Part shown: in pieces, positions 7,877-16,318 of the stretch
Layout of the letters: every line of letters begins with the position of its first letter
How positions within the stretch are numbered: the first letter of the stretch is position 1
Assembly: GCF_900289195.1 (NCBI RefSeq)
Contig: NZ_OMOH01000004.1
Span: forward strand, 150,001-182,000
DNA length: 32,000 nucleotides
Direction of reading: 5' to 3'
Origin: Propionibacterium ruminifibrarum
GTDB taxonomy: Bacteria > Actinomycetota > Actinomycetes > Propionibacteriales > Propionibacteriaceae
Translations under genes and position numbers: made by a program
Notes under the pieces: generated by a model
Seen by the model: only the letters and a program-made list of their open reading frames with translations
Told to the model about the DNA's origin: nothing
The model's database searches: none

Positions 7877-7945
7877 CACCTATCGCCCGATAGCCCCCAC
7901 CTATCAGGGTAGGATCAGGGTGCACCATCAGGGCCAGCTCAGGGT
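7877..7945 (-). promoter_or_regulatory. Candidate operator cluster upstream of gadB: one inverted repeat plus four phased direct repeats
   Basis: The inverted repeat is ctatcg-cc-cgatag at 7880..7893. atcaggg(t/c) occurs at 7903, 7914 and 7927, and ctcagggt at 7938, giving spacings of 11, 13 and 11 bp. cacctatc occurs at 7877 and 7898, 21 bp apart. The cluster lies 70-140 bp upstream of the gadB start codon. Confidence 0.4.
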
Positions 7946-8083
7946 GTCATCGCGGGCCGGGGCCGTCCTGTCCTGGGCGCAGATTCAACCCGGAGGCGCT
8001 TGCCGGCCCCCGGTGAGGCCCGAACGCCGACCTCGCCGGCGGCCCCGAGGTTCAGATCACCTGCCGTTCCCCCGGCGGCTGCG

Positions 8084-8980
8084 TCACCGAGCGCCCGCGG
8101 CGCTGGAGCACACGGTGACGGCGGACTCGACCAGCGCCTCGACGACCGGGCTCATGGGCTCGGCGGAGCGGTGCGCCAGCACGATCCGGGTCTGGACGAC
8201 CGGTTCGACGAGTTCGAGGAGCGCCAGGTCGGTCACCTGCCCGGAGTCGAGCACCCAGCGGTCCGGCACCACGCTGGCCCACCGGCCGGTGTTGACGAAG
8301 CCGAACAGCGAGGCCACCGAGTCGGTCCGGATGGTGATGTGGGGAGTCACGCCGGAGGCCTCGAAGGCCCCGACCATGGGCGTCAGGCCGTGGGTGGGGC
8401 CGAGCATCACCAGCGGGTAGCTGGCCGCCTGCGCCCAGGTGATGGACTCCGCGGCCTCGTCCACCATGTGCTGGGGGGCGAGGAAGGCCCAGGTCTCGTC
8501 GTAGAGCGGCCGGTAGCGCACCAGTTCGTTGCCCACCGGGTAGCAGATGCCGGCGTCGAGGTCGTAGTTGGAGATCTGCTGGATGATGTCGTTGGTGGAC
8601 AGCATCGACTCGATGTGCACCTCGACCAGCGGGTGCTCGGCGCAGAATCTGTCCAGCACCCTGGCGACCGTGGTGGTGGCCGCCGGGACGACCCCGACGC
8701 GCAGTGTTCCACTCAGCCCCGATCGCAGGACCGCGGCCGCGTCGTGCAGGGCCCGGCGGTCGTCGACCATGCGCTGCGCCCAGACCACCAGGCGGCTGCC
8801 CTCGGGGGTGAGCCCCTGGAAGGTGTGGCCCCTGCGGATGAGTGGCATCCCGAGTTCCTGCTCCAGCTTGCGCACGCCGTCGGAGAGGGTCGGCTGGGAG
8901 ACCCCGCAGACCTCAGCGGCGCGGGCGAAGTGCCGTTCGTGCGCCACCGCGACGAAGTACTCCAACTGTCTGAGGAGCAT
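8084..8980 (-). CDS. LysR-family transcriptional regulator, 298 aa
   Basis: The N-terminal helix-turn-helix reads MLLRQLEYFVAVAHERHFARAAEVCGVSQPTLSDGVRKLEQELG. It is followed by a LysR substrate-binding domain of typical length and pattern. Confidence 0.9.
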   Translation of the reverse strand: MLLRQLEYFVAVAHERHFARAAEVCGVSQPTLSDGVRKLEQELGMPLIRRGHTFQGLTPEGSRLVVWAQRMVDDRRALHDAAAVLRSGLSGTLRVGVVPAATTTVARVLDRFCAEHPLVEVHIESMLSTNDIIQQISNYDLDAGICYPVGNELVRYRPLYDETWAFLAPQHMVDEAAESITWAQAASYPLVMLGPTHGLTPMVGAFEASGVTPHITIRTDSVASLFGFVNTGRWASVVPDRWVLDSGQVTDLALLELVEPVVQTRIVLAHRSAEPMSPVVEALVESAVTVCSSAAGAR

Positions 8981-9273
8981 GCGGCCCTCAGCCTCCCACC
9001 AGGTCGTTCACAAAAAGGCGAGTGTAGGCAGCCGCGAACAGGTGCCAGCTGTGCCCCGGATGTGACATTCCTGTCGGCCACGCCGCGCCGAACGGCCCCG
9101 CCCGGGGCCTCCAGGGCGTGCGGATCGGGCCGACGATCTGGATGGCCGACACCGCCCGGGCCACCTGAGCACGGCGGCGGCCCGTCGTGCGCGCACCGCC
9201 CGTACCGCCGTGGCCCCGATGGACCGACGGGACACGCTTCCCCGGGGCGGGCGCAGGTGGTTGACTCGGGGCC

Positions 9274-9672
9274 ATGAGCAGAAATCCCGGGATTGCCGGC
9301 ATCCACCACATCGGCATCACCGTCACCGACCTTCAGGCCAGCGTGGAGTGGTTCACCAGCGTGCTGGGCGCCGAAGAGGTGGAGCGGTTCGACATCGGCC
9401 CGATGTCGAAGGCCATGATCCGTCTGGGGGACGTGACGCTCAGCCTGGTGAGCCACGGGCCCGCGGGGATAGCCGGGCCCTTCGACGAGCATCGGGTGGG
9501 GCTGGACCACCTGAGTTTCGCGGTGCCGAATGCCGGCGTCCTCAAGACGTGGTCCGGCCGGCTCGACGACGCCGGGGTGGAGCACAGCGGCATCGTCGCC
9601 GGCGCGATGGGTTCGCTCCTGGCCTTCCGCGGCCCGGACAACATCGCCCTGGAGTTCTACACCCTCGGCTGA
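9274..9672 (+). CDS. VOC-family (glyoxalase / bleomycin resistance / dioxygenase fold) protein, 132 aa
   Basis: IHHIGITVTDLQASVEWFTSVLG and GLDHLSFAV are typical VOC metal-ligand and beta-alpha-beta-beta-beta motifs. The gene is divergent from the LysR gene. Confidence 0.8.
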   Translation: MSRNPGIAGIHHIGITVTDLQASVEWFTSVLGAEEVERFDIGPMSKAMIRLGDVTLSLVSHGPAGIAGPFDEHRVGLDHLSFAVPNAGVLKTWSGRLDDAGVEHSGIVAGAMGSLLAFRGPDNIALEFYTLG

Positions 9673-9864
9673 CCACGACGGGCCCTGCGCCGGCCCTCCG
9701 CCACATCGCATGCGAGCCCCACCGGGCCGCCACCATGCCGGACGATGAGGATCACGCCGGCGGGCCCGCCCGTTCATCGGTCTTCCCGGGCCACCGGCCG
9801 GCCCGAGGAGACCGACGGGAAGCGGCGGTGCGATACTCGGAACACAACTGAACAACGCGAACAG

Positions 9865-9995
9865 CCACCGAGGCGGCAGGAAGCCGGGAGAAGCCGGCAC
9901 GGTCGCGCCACTGTGCACGCCCTGCGGGACGGGAGTCAGGAACTGCGCCTCGGCGGACCCTTTCCACGACGGGACGCACGATCCCGAGAAAGGAA
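9865..9995 (+). promoter_or_regulatory. Cobalamin (B12) riboswitch with a Shine-Dalgarno-sequestering expression platform
   Basis: The core aggaagccgggagaagccggcacggtcgcGCCACTGt contains the GCCACTG motif at 9907..9913. A B12-box-like agtcaggaactgcgcc lies at 9934..9949. The closing helix pairs ccgaggcg (9868..9875) with cgcctcgg (9946..9953). cctttc (9959..9964) can pair with gaaagg in the RBS (9988..9993), just upstream of the cbiM ATG. Confidence 0.75.
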
Positions 9996-10002
9996 TGACT
10001 TC

Positions 10003-10725
10003 ATGCACATCGCTGAAGGCGTTCTCCCCCCTGTCCAATGCGCCATCTGGTACGCGGCGGCCGCCCCATTCGTCGTCCACGGCGCCTACCGAATCGTCAA
10101 GGAGGTGCGGGAACGCCCCGAGAACAAGCTCCTGCTGGCCACGGCCGGCGCCTGCACCTTCCTGCTGAGCTCCATCAAGCTGCCGAGCGTCACCGGCTCG
10201 AGCTCGCACCCCACCGGCACCGGCGTGGGGGCGATCCTGTTCAAGCCACCGGTCATGGCCTTCATGGGCCTCATCGTGCTGATCTTCCAGGCGCTCCTGC
10301 TCGCCCACGGCGGCATCACCACGCTCGGCGCCAACACCTTCTCCATGGCCATCGCCGGCCCGTGGATCGGCTACTGGGTCTACCTGCTGACGAAGAAGCT
10401 GCACGGCCCGAACGCCCTGGCGATCTTCCTGTGCATGGCGCTCAGCGACCTGGCCACCTACTGCGTGACCAGCCTGCAGCTGGCCTTCGCCTTCCCGGAC
10501 GCCTCCAGCGGCGTCCTGGGTGCGGCGGCCAAGTTCCTGGGCGTCTTCGCCGTCTCACAGATCCCGCTGGCCATCATGGAGGGCTTCCTCGGCATCCTGC
10601 TGTTCCGCTTCCTGGTGAAGGTCGCCGCCCCGCAGCTGGCCGGTCTCGGCCTCGACCTCGTACCGGGCGGCCGGGCCGCCGACCCCGCGTCCGACGCCAC
10701 CGCGAAGGAGGGCTCGCATGCCTGA
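10003..10725 (+). CDS. cbiM: Cobalt ECF transporter S component CbiM, 240 aa
   Basis: The N-terminus [10 protein letters not shown] is the metal-binding Met-His start typical of CbiM/Nik[15 protein letters not shown] and [14 protein letters not shown] are also present. It is the first gene after the B12 riboswitch. Confidence 0.9.
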   Translation: MHIAEGVLPPVQCAIWYAAAAPFVVHGAYRIVKEVRERPENKLLLATAGACTFLLSSIKLPSVTGSSSHPTGTGVGAILFKPPVMAFMGLIVLIFQALLLAHGGITTLGANTFSMAIAGPWIGYWVYLLTKKLHGPNALAIFLCMALSDLATYCVTSLQLAFAFPDASSGVLGAAAKFLGVFAVSQIPLAIMEGFLGILLFRFLVKVAAPQLAGLGLDLVPGGRAADPASDATAKEGSHA

Positions 10726-11143
10726 GACATCAAGCACCCTGACCAGCCAGAAGAAGTGGGTGAGCTGGGCCCTGCTCGGCGCGGTCGTCCTGGTCTTCCT
10801 CATCTCGCTCGTCGTGGGGAACCAGATGGCCGGCGGCTCCGAAGAGGCCTTCGGCGGCACGGACGACGCGGCGACCGAGGCGGCCGAGGAGGCCGGCGCC
10901 GAACCCTGGTTCGAGCCGCTGTTCGAGCCGGCCGGCGAGGTCGAGTCGGGCCTGTTCGCCATCCAGGCGGCCATCGGCTCGGGCATCATCTTCTTCTGCC
11001 TCGGCCGCATGAGCGGCCGGCACGCCGCGGCCCGCCGGGACGCGTCCGAGGACGGTTCGACCGAGGCCGCCCGGGTGGCCGATGCGGAGACGGCCGGGGC
11101 GCAGGCGCTCGACCGGACCGCACCGACCGAGTCGGACGCATGA
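10718..11143 (+). CDS. cbiN: Cobalt transport protein CbiN, 141 aa, with an unusually long C-terminal tail
   Basis: The ATG overlaps the cbiM stop by 8 bp and is preceded by GAAGGAGGG. Two TM helices flank an acidic loop ([26 protein letters not shown]), as in CbiN. About 40 extra residues follow TM2. Confidence 0.75.
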   Translation: MPETSSTLTSQKKWVSWALLGAVVLVFLISLVVGNQMAGGSEEAFGGTDDAATEAAEEAGAEPWFEPLFEPAGEVESGLFAIQAAIGSGIIFFCLGRMSGRHAAARRDASEDGSTEAARVADAETAGAQALDRTAPTESDA

Positions 11144-11943
11144 GCGCCCACTCGCACCACATCAACGCCCTCGACGACGCCGCCTGGGACTCCCCGTGGC
11201 GGCGTCGCCGCGTCGGCGAGAAGGTGCTCTGCTCGATGGGTCTGGTGCTCACCGCGCTGCTCACGCCGGTCTGGCCGGGCACCGTCCTGGTCGCGGTGGC
11301 CGCCGTCTGCTTCATCATCGGTTCGGCGCGGATCGGCCCGCGTGTCCTGGCCGAGGCGATGACCGGCCCCGCCATCTTCCTCGTGCTGGGCGGCGTCTCG
11401 GTGCTCTTCTCGGTGGGCCAGTCCCCCACCGACGCGTGGTGGAGCCTGGGCGCGCTCAGTATCGGCCCCACCTCCGCCGCCCAGGCCCTGCGCCTGTTCC
11501 TGCACGGCATGGCGGGGACGCTGGCCGTCATGGTGCTGGCCACCACCACGCCGATGGTCGACCTGCTCACCTGGCTGCGCCGCTTCCGCATCCCCGAGCC
11601 GCTGCTGGAGATCGCCAACCTGACCTACCGCCTGCTGTTCGTCCTGCTCGACACGATGCTCACGGTCATGGAGGCCCAGCGCTGCCGCCTCGGCGACAAC
11701 CCCGTCGGGCCGATGCGGGGCCTGCGTCGCCGCTGGGAGAACACGGCAGCGGCCATCGGCGCCATCGGCGTCCTGGCCTGGGAGCGGGCGGGTCGTCTCA
11801 ACGAGGGCATGAGCCATCGGGGTTTCGAGACCACGCTGGCCACCCTGCCGGTGCGGCGCACCGCCTCACCGGGTTTCATCGTCACCACCGTCGTCGTCAT
11901 CGCGGCGATCTGGGCCATCAGCTGGGGGGTTTCCGCACTGTGA
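11140..11943 (+). CDS. cbiQ: ECF transporter T component CbiQ, 267 aa
   Basis: The start forms an ATGA overlap with the cbiN stop. The protein is polytopic, with the CbiQ/EcfT-type region [29 protein letters not shown]. Confidence 0.85.
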   Translation: MSAHSHHINALDDAAWDSPWRRRRVGEKVLCSMGLVLTALLTPVWPGTVLVAVAAVCFIIGSARIGPRVLAEAMTGPAIFLVLGGVSVLFSVGQSPTDAWWSLGALSIGPTSAAQALRLFLHGMAGTLAVMVLATTTPMVDLLTWLRRFRIPEPLLEIANLTYRLLFVLLDTMLTVMEAQRCRLGDNPVGPMRGLRRRWENTAAAIGAIGVLAWERAGRLNEGMSHRGFETTLATLPVRRTASPGFIVTTVVVIAAIWAISWGVSAL

Positions 11944-12758
11944 CAGCACTTCTCGAGGCCGAGCACATCCTCGCCGGGCATCCCGGCCGACCACAGGTGC
12001 TGGACGGCGTCGACCTGCGCATCGAACGGGGCACCCGTCTCGCGCTGCTCGGCGCGAACGGTTCGGGCAAGACGACGCTCATGAGCGTCCTGGCCGGTTC
12101 GCTGGAGCCGGCCTCGGGCCGTGTCCTGCGCGAGGGGGAGCCCCTGGCGTGGTCGCGCAGGGCGCTGCGCGAGCACCGCCGCCACGTCCAGATGGTGCTG
12201 CAGGACCCCGACGCCCAGCTGTTCAGCGCCGACGTGGCCCAGGACGTCTCGTTCGGACCGATGAACCTCGGCCTGCCCGCCGAGCAGGTGCGCGACCGGG
12301 TCGACGAGGCGCTGCGGCTGCTCGGCGCCGACCACCTGGCCGAACGCGCCACCCACCACCTGTCGTACGGCGAACGCAAACGCGTCGCGACGGCCGGGGC
12401 GGTGGCCATGCGCCCCGACCTGCTCCTGCTCGACGAGCCGACCGCCGGCCTCGACCCGGCCGGTGTCCGCCAGACCCGCGAGGCGCTCGACCGGCTCACG
12501 GCCGCGGGCACGACGATCCTCATGGCCACCCACGACGTGGCGCTGGCCCTGGACTGGGCCGATGAGGTCGCCGTCGTCCACGACGCCACCGTGCGTCAGG
12601 GGCCCGCCGACGAGCTGCTGGCCGACGCCGAACTCGTCGCACGGGCCCACCTCGAGACGCCCTGGCCCCTTGCCCTGGCCGCGGCGCTGGGATACCGGCA
12701 GCGACCCCGTAATCTTGAGCAGGCCATCGCTCTGCTCACCGAGCCTGGCACGCACTGA
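11940..12758 (+). CDS. cbiO: ECF transporter ATPase CbiO, 272 aa
   Basis: The GTG start forms a GTGA overlap with the cbiQ stop. Walker A is GANGSGKTT, the ABC signature is LSYGERKR, and Walker B is LLLLDEP. Confidence 0.9.
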   Translation: MTALLEAEHILAGHPGRPQVLDGVDLRIERGTRLALLGANGSGKTTLMSVLAGSLEPASGRVLREGEPLAWSRRALREHRRHVQMVLQDPDAQLFSADVAQDVSFGPMNLGLPAEQVRDRVDEALRLLGADHLAERATHHLSYGERKRVATAGAVAMRPDLLLLDEPTAGLDPAGVRQTREALDRLTAAGTTILMATHDVALALDWADEVAVVHDATVRQGPADELLADAELVARAHLETPWPLALAAALGYRQRPRNLEQAIALLTEPGTH

Positions 12759-12787
12759 GCCGCGCGTCGGCGGGCAAGGAAGGACAC

Positions 12788-13561
12788 ATGGACATCACAT
12801 TGCAGCCCGGCACCGTCACCCTTGTGGGGGGCGGACCCGGTGATCCCGATCTCATCACCCTCGCCGGGCTCAAGGCCATCCGGCAGGCCGACGCCGTGCT
12901 CTACGACCGGCTGGCGCCGGCCGAGGTCCTCGACGAGGCGCCGGCCGGCGCCGAACGCATCCCGGTCGGCAAGGTCCCGCAGGGCGAGTACGTGCCCCAG
13001 GAGCGGATCAACCAGCTGCTCGTCGCCCACGCCCAGGCGGGCGAGAGGGTGGTGCGGCTCAAGGGCGGCGACTGCTTCGTCTTCGGCCGCGGCGGCGAGG
13101 AGTGGCAGGCCTGCGCGGAGGCGGGCGTCCCGGTGCGCGTCGTGCCCGGCGTCACCTCGTCGACCTCGGGCCCGGCGCTGGCGGGCATCCCGCTGACGCA
13201 CCGCCACCTGGTGCAGGGCTTCACCGTGGTCTCCGGGCACGTCTCGCCGAACGACCCGCGTTCGGAGGTGCCCTGGCGGGAGCTGGCCAGGACGCGGACC
13301 ACGCTGGTGATCCTCATGGGTGTCGCCCACCTGCGCGACATCGCCCCCGAGCTGATGGCCGGCGGGCTGCCCCCCGCCACGCCGGTCGGCGTGGTGTCCA
13401 ACGCCTCGCTGCACGACCAGGACTCGTGGACGACCACCCTCGGCGAGGCCGCCGAGGCGATGGCCGCCCGCAGGGTGCGGCCCCCGTCGCTGGTCGTCGT
13501 CGGCGAGCTGGCGGCCATCGACCTCGACCACCCGGAGCGCCGGGCGCCGAGCGACCACTGA
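12788..13561 (+). CDS. cobA: Uroporphyrinogen-III C-methyltransferase (SUMT), 257 aa
   Basis: VTLVGGGPGDPDLITLAGLKAIRQADAVLYD, VVRLKGGDCFVFGRGGEE and VPGVTS are classic SUMT/CobA motifs. The gene starts 29 bp after cbiO on the same strand. Confidence 0.9.
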   Translation: MDITLQPGTVTLVGGGPGDPDLITLAGLKAIRQADAVLYDRLAPAEVLDEAPAGAERIPVGKVPQGEYVPQERINQLLVAHAQAGERVVRLKGGDCFVFGRGGEEWQACAEAGVPVRVVPGVTSSTSGPALAGIPLTHRHLVQGFTVVSGHVSPNDPRSEVPWRELARTRTTLVILMGVAHLRDIAPELMAGGLPPATPVGVVSNASLHDQDSWTTTLGEAAEAMAARRVRPPSLVVVGELAAIDLDHPERRAPSDH

Positions 13562-13673
13562 GCCTGCCGTACCCCATCGCGGCCGGCGCAGCCGTCCACG
13601 GCCACGCGGCCGCTCGCCGTGCCCCGGGGCCGGGGACGACACACACCCGCGCCCGCCCCAGGGGCTGCCCGCT

Positions 13674-16289
13674 GTGGCGGGGGCGTGGCAGACTTCGGAC
13701 GTGTTCGACATCGCCACCATCGCGGCGGGACTGCCCGTCGGGCAACGGGCCCCACAGCTGGCCGGGGCCGCGGCGGCGGCCGGTGCGCGTCTGGTCGTCA
13801 CCGCTCCCCCGGGCTCGGGCAAGACGACGGTGGTCCCGGCCGTCCTCGCCAACGTCTTGGAGGGGCTCGACCCGGCTCGGCCCGGGCGGGTCGTCGTGAC
13901 CCAGCCGCGGCGCATGGCGGCCCGTGCCGCGGCCCGCCGGCTGGCGCACCTGGCCGGGGTGCGGCTCGGACGCGAGGTGGGTTTCACGGTGCGGGGGCAG
14001 TCCCGCACCAGCGCCGCGACACGCGTCGAGTTCGTGACGGCCGGGGTCCTGGTGAACCGGCTGCTGGGCGATCCGGACATGACCGGTGTGGGGGCGATCG
14101 TCCTGGACGAGGTGCACGAACGCGACCTGGACACCGACCTGGCGTTCGCCATGGCCCACGACGTGGCCGAACTGCGCGGCGACCTGACGCTGGCCGTCAT
14201 GTCCGCCACCCTCGACGCGGGGGCCTGGGCCGAGCTGCTGGGGCCCGCCGCGCGGGTCATCGACGCACCGGGCGCGCTCTTCGACCTCGAGGTCTCGTAC
14301 GCGCCCGTGCCGGGCGGCGCGGCCGCCTCGCACCGCGGGCGCCTGTCGCGCGCCATCGCCGCGCACCTGGCCGGCCTCGCCGAGGAGCTGGCGGCGCGCA
14401 CCGACGGTTCGGTGCTGGTCTTCGTCCCAACCAGGCGCGACGTGGCGGACCTGCTGGGACTCATCCGGGTGCCCGGCGTCGAGACGCTGGGGCTGTCGGG
14501 CGCGCAGTCGGCCCGCGAGCAGGACGCCGTGCTGGCCGGCGGCGACGTGCCACGCATCATCGTGGCCACCTCCGTGGCCGAGTCGAGCCTCACGGTGCCC
14601 GGGGTGCGGGCCGTCGTCGACTCCGGCCTGTCGCGCGAACCCCGCTTCGACGCGGGACGCGGCGTGCAGGGCCTGGTGACGATCCGCGAATCGCGGGCCG
14701 GCGCAGAGCAGCGGGCCGGCCGGGCGGCCCGGCTCGGCCCCGGCACGGCGGTGCGCTGCTTCGGCGCCGACGAGTGGGCGGGCATGGCCGCTCAGGCCAC
14801 CCCGCAGGTGCGGGTCGCCGACCTGTCGGGCGCCGTCCTGACCCTGGCCTGCTGGGGGGACGCGCGCGGCGTCTCGATGGCCCTTCCCGATCCGCTGCCG
14901 GCGGCGGGTGCCGACCGGGCGGTCGGCCTGCTGCAGCGCCTCGGCGCGCTCGACGCCGGCGAGCGCGTCACCGACCTGGGCCGCCGCCTGGCCCGGATAC
15001 CCGCCGAGCCACGGCTCGCCCGGGCGCTCCTCGACGGCGCGGACCGGGTCGGTGCGCGGGCCGCCGCCCAGGTGGTCGCGATGCTCGCCGCCGAGGACGC
15101 ACCCGCCGACGGCGACCTGGTCGCCCAGTACCGCGCGCTGGCCGGCGGCGGCACGCCGCGGGCGCGGGAGTGGGCGCGTGAGACCGCGCGGCTGGCCGCC
15201 CTCGCGTCCCGGCCCGAACCGGGCGCACCGGCCGACCGCACCGAACCACCGGCGGGAGGCGACGAGACCGGAGCCGGCCGGCCTCAGACGTCCCCGTCGT
15301 CCCGGGCGATCGGGCTGGTCACCGCGCTGGCGCACCCGGAGTGGATCGCCCGTCGGCGCGCCGACGGCCGCTCCTTCCTCACCGTCGCGGGCACCGGCGC
15401 CGACGTCCCGCCGGGCCCGCTGGGCCGCCACGAGTGGCTCGCCATCGGCCGGCTCAGCCGCGTCGAGACCGGCCGGACGAACACCTCCGGCAGCCTCGTG
15501 CGGGCAGCGGCCCCCATCGACGAGGCCACCGCCCTGGCAGCCGGGCCCGCCGTGGACGAGTCGACCGCGCTGAGCTGGGACCGCGGCAGCGGCCGGATCC
15601 GGGGTCGCGTCGAACGACGGCTCGGGGCGATCGTCCTGTCGAGTACGCCCTGCACGCCCAGGCCGCAGGAGCAGGAGGCGTTCGCCGTCGAGCAGCTCGC
15701 CGTGCAGGGGCTGGGGCTCGACGGCCCCGGGCTGCTGCGCTGGTCGGACGCGGCGCTGGCGCTGCGCGACCGGCTCGCCTTCGTGCACCGGGCACGGGGC
15801 GGGCCGTGGCCGGACATGAGCGCCGAGTCGCTCGCCGCCCGGGCGCCGGCCTGGCTCGCCCACCGGCTGGGCGTCTGCTCCAGCACCTACGACGTGGACA
15901 TGGCCGAGGCGCTGCGCGAACTCCTCGACTGGCGCCGGCTGGCCGAACTCGACCAGATCGCGCCGGAGCGCGTGGAGGTGCCGACCGGTTCGCGCATCCG
16001 CGTACGGTACCCGGCCGCCGGGACGGACGGCCCGCCCGTGCTCAGCGTGAAACTGCAGGAGTGCTTCGGCATGCGGGACGGCCCCAGCATCGCCGGCGTC
16101 CCGGTGCTCATGGAGCTGCTGAGCCCGGCCCGCCGGCCGCTCGCGCTGACCGACGACCTGGCGTCCTTCTGGGTGAACGTCTACCCCCAGGTGCGAGCCG
16201 AGAACCGGGGCCGCTACGCGAAACACCCGTGGCCGCAGGACCCGCTGACCGCCCCGGCCCGCCGCGGGACGACCCGGTCCGGCCGGTAG
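13674..16289 (+). CDS. hrpB: ATP-dependent RNA helicase HrpB (DEAH box), about 871 aa
   Basis: Motif I is APPGSGKTT and motif II is LDEVHERDLDTD. The HrpB C-terminal signature is ENRGRYAKHPWPQDP. The start is assigned to GTG 13674 from the ORF track, and the exact start is uncertain. Confidence 0.88.
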   Translation: MAGAWQTSDVFDIATIAAGLPVGQRAPQLAGAAAAAGARLVVTAPPGSGKTTVVPAVLANVLEGLDPARPGRVVVTQPRRMAARAAARRLAHLAGVRLGREVGFTVRGQSRTSAATRVEFVTAGVLVNRLLGDPDMTGVGAIVLDEVHERDLDTDLAFAMAHDVAELRGDLTLAVMSATLDAGAWAELLGPAARVIDAPGALFDLEVSYAPVPGGAAASHRGRLSRAIAAHLAGLAEELAARTDGSVLVFVPTRRDVADLLGLIRVPGVETLGLSGAQSAREQDAVLAGGDVPRIIVATSVAESSLTVPGVRAVVDSGLSREPRFDAGRGVQGLVTIRESRAGAEQRAGRAARLGPGTAVRCFGADEWAGMAAQATPQVRVADLSGAVLTLACWGDARGVSMALPDPLPAAGADRAVGLLQRLGALDAGERVTDLGRRLARIPAEPRLARALLDGADRVGARAAAQVVAMLAAEDAPADGDLVAQYRALAGGGTPRAREWARETARLAALASRPEPGAPADRTEPPAGGDETGAGRPQTSPSSRAIGLVTALAHPEWIARRRADGRSFLTVAGTGADVPPGPLGRHEWLAIGRLSRVETGRTNTSGSLVRAAAPIDEATALAAGPAVDESTALSWDRGSGRIRGRVERRLGAIVLSSTPCTPRPQEQEAFAVEQLAVQGLGLDGPGLLRWSDAALALRDRLAFVHRARGGPWPDMSAESLAARAPAWLAHRLGVCSSTYDVDMAEALRELLDWRRLAELDQIAPERVEVPTGSRIRVRYPAAGTDGPPVLSVKLQECFGMRDGPSIAGVPVLMELLSPARRPLALTDDLASFWVNVYPQVRAENRGRYAKHPWPQDPLTAPARRGTTRSGR

Positions 16290-16318
16290 CGTTCCCGGCC
16301 TGGCGGCCCGGCACCCGG

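Noticed and set aside
8981-9273. LysR-type T-N11-A box in the divergent LysR / VOC intergenic region
   Set aside because: I could not find a convincing dyad with T-N11-A geometry by eye, only the trivial cagctg. It is therefore not reported as a feature.
8713-11817. Minus-strand ORFs 8713..10404 (563 aa) and 10555..11817 (420 aa) across the LysR/VOC/riboswitch/cbi region
   Set aside because: They run through a riboswitch and through intergenic regions, lie antisense to cbiM, cbiN and cbiQ, and encode low-complexity sequence.
13314-16226. 970-aa minus-strand ORF (and 12596..14785, 729 aa) antisense to cobA and hrpB
   Set aside because: Same reasoning as for the ppdK antisense ORF. The products are R/P/G/A-rich and low in complexity, and they lie opposite genes with clear helicase and methyltransferase motifs.
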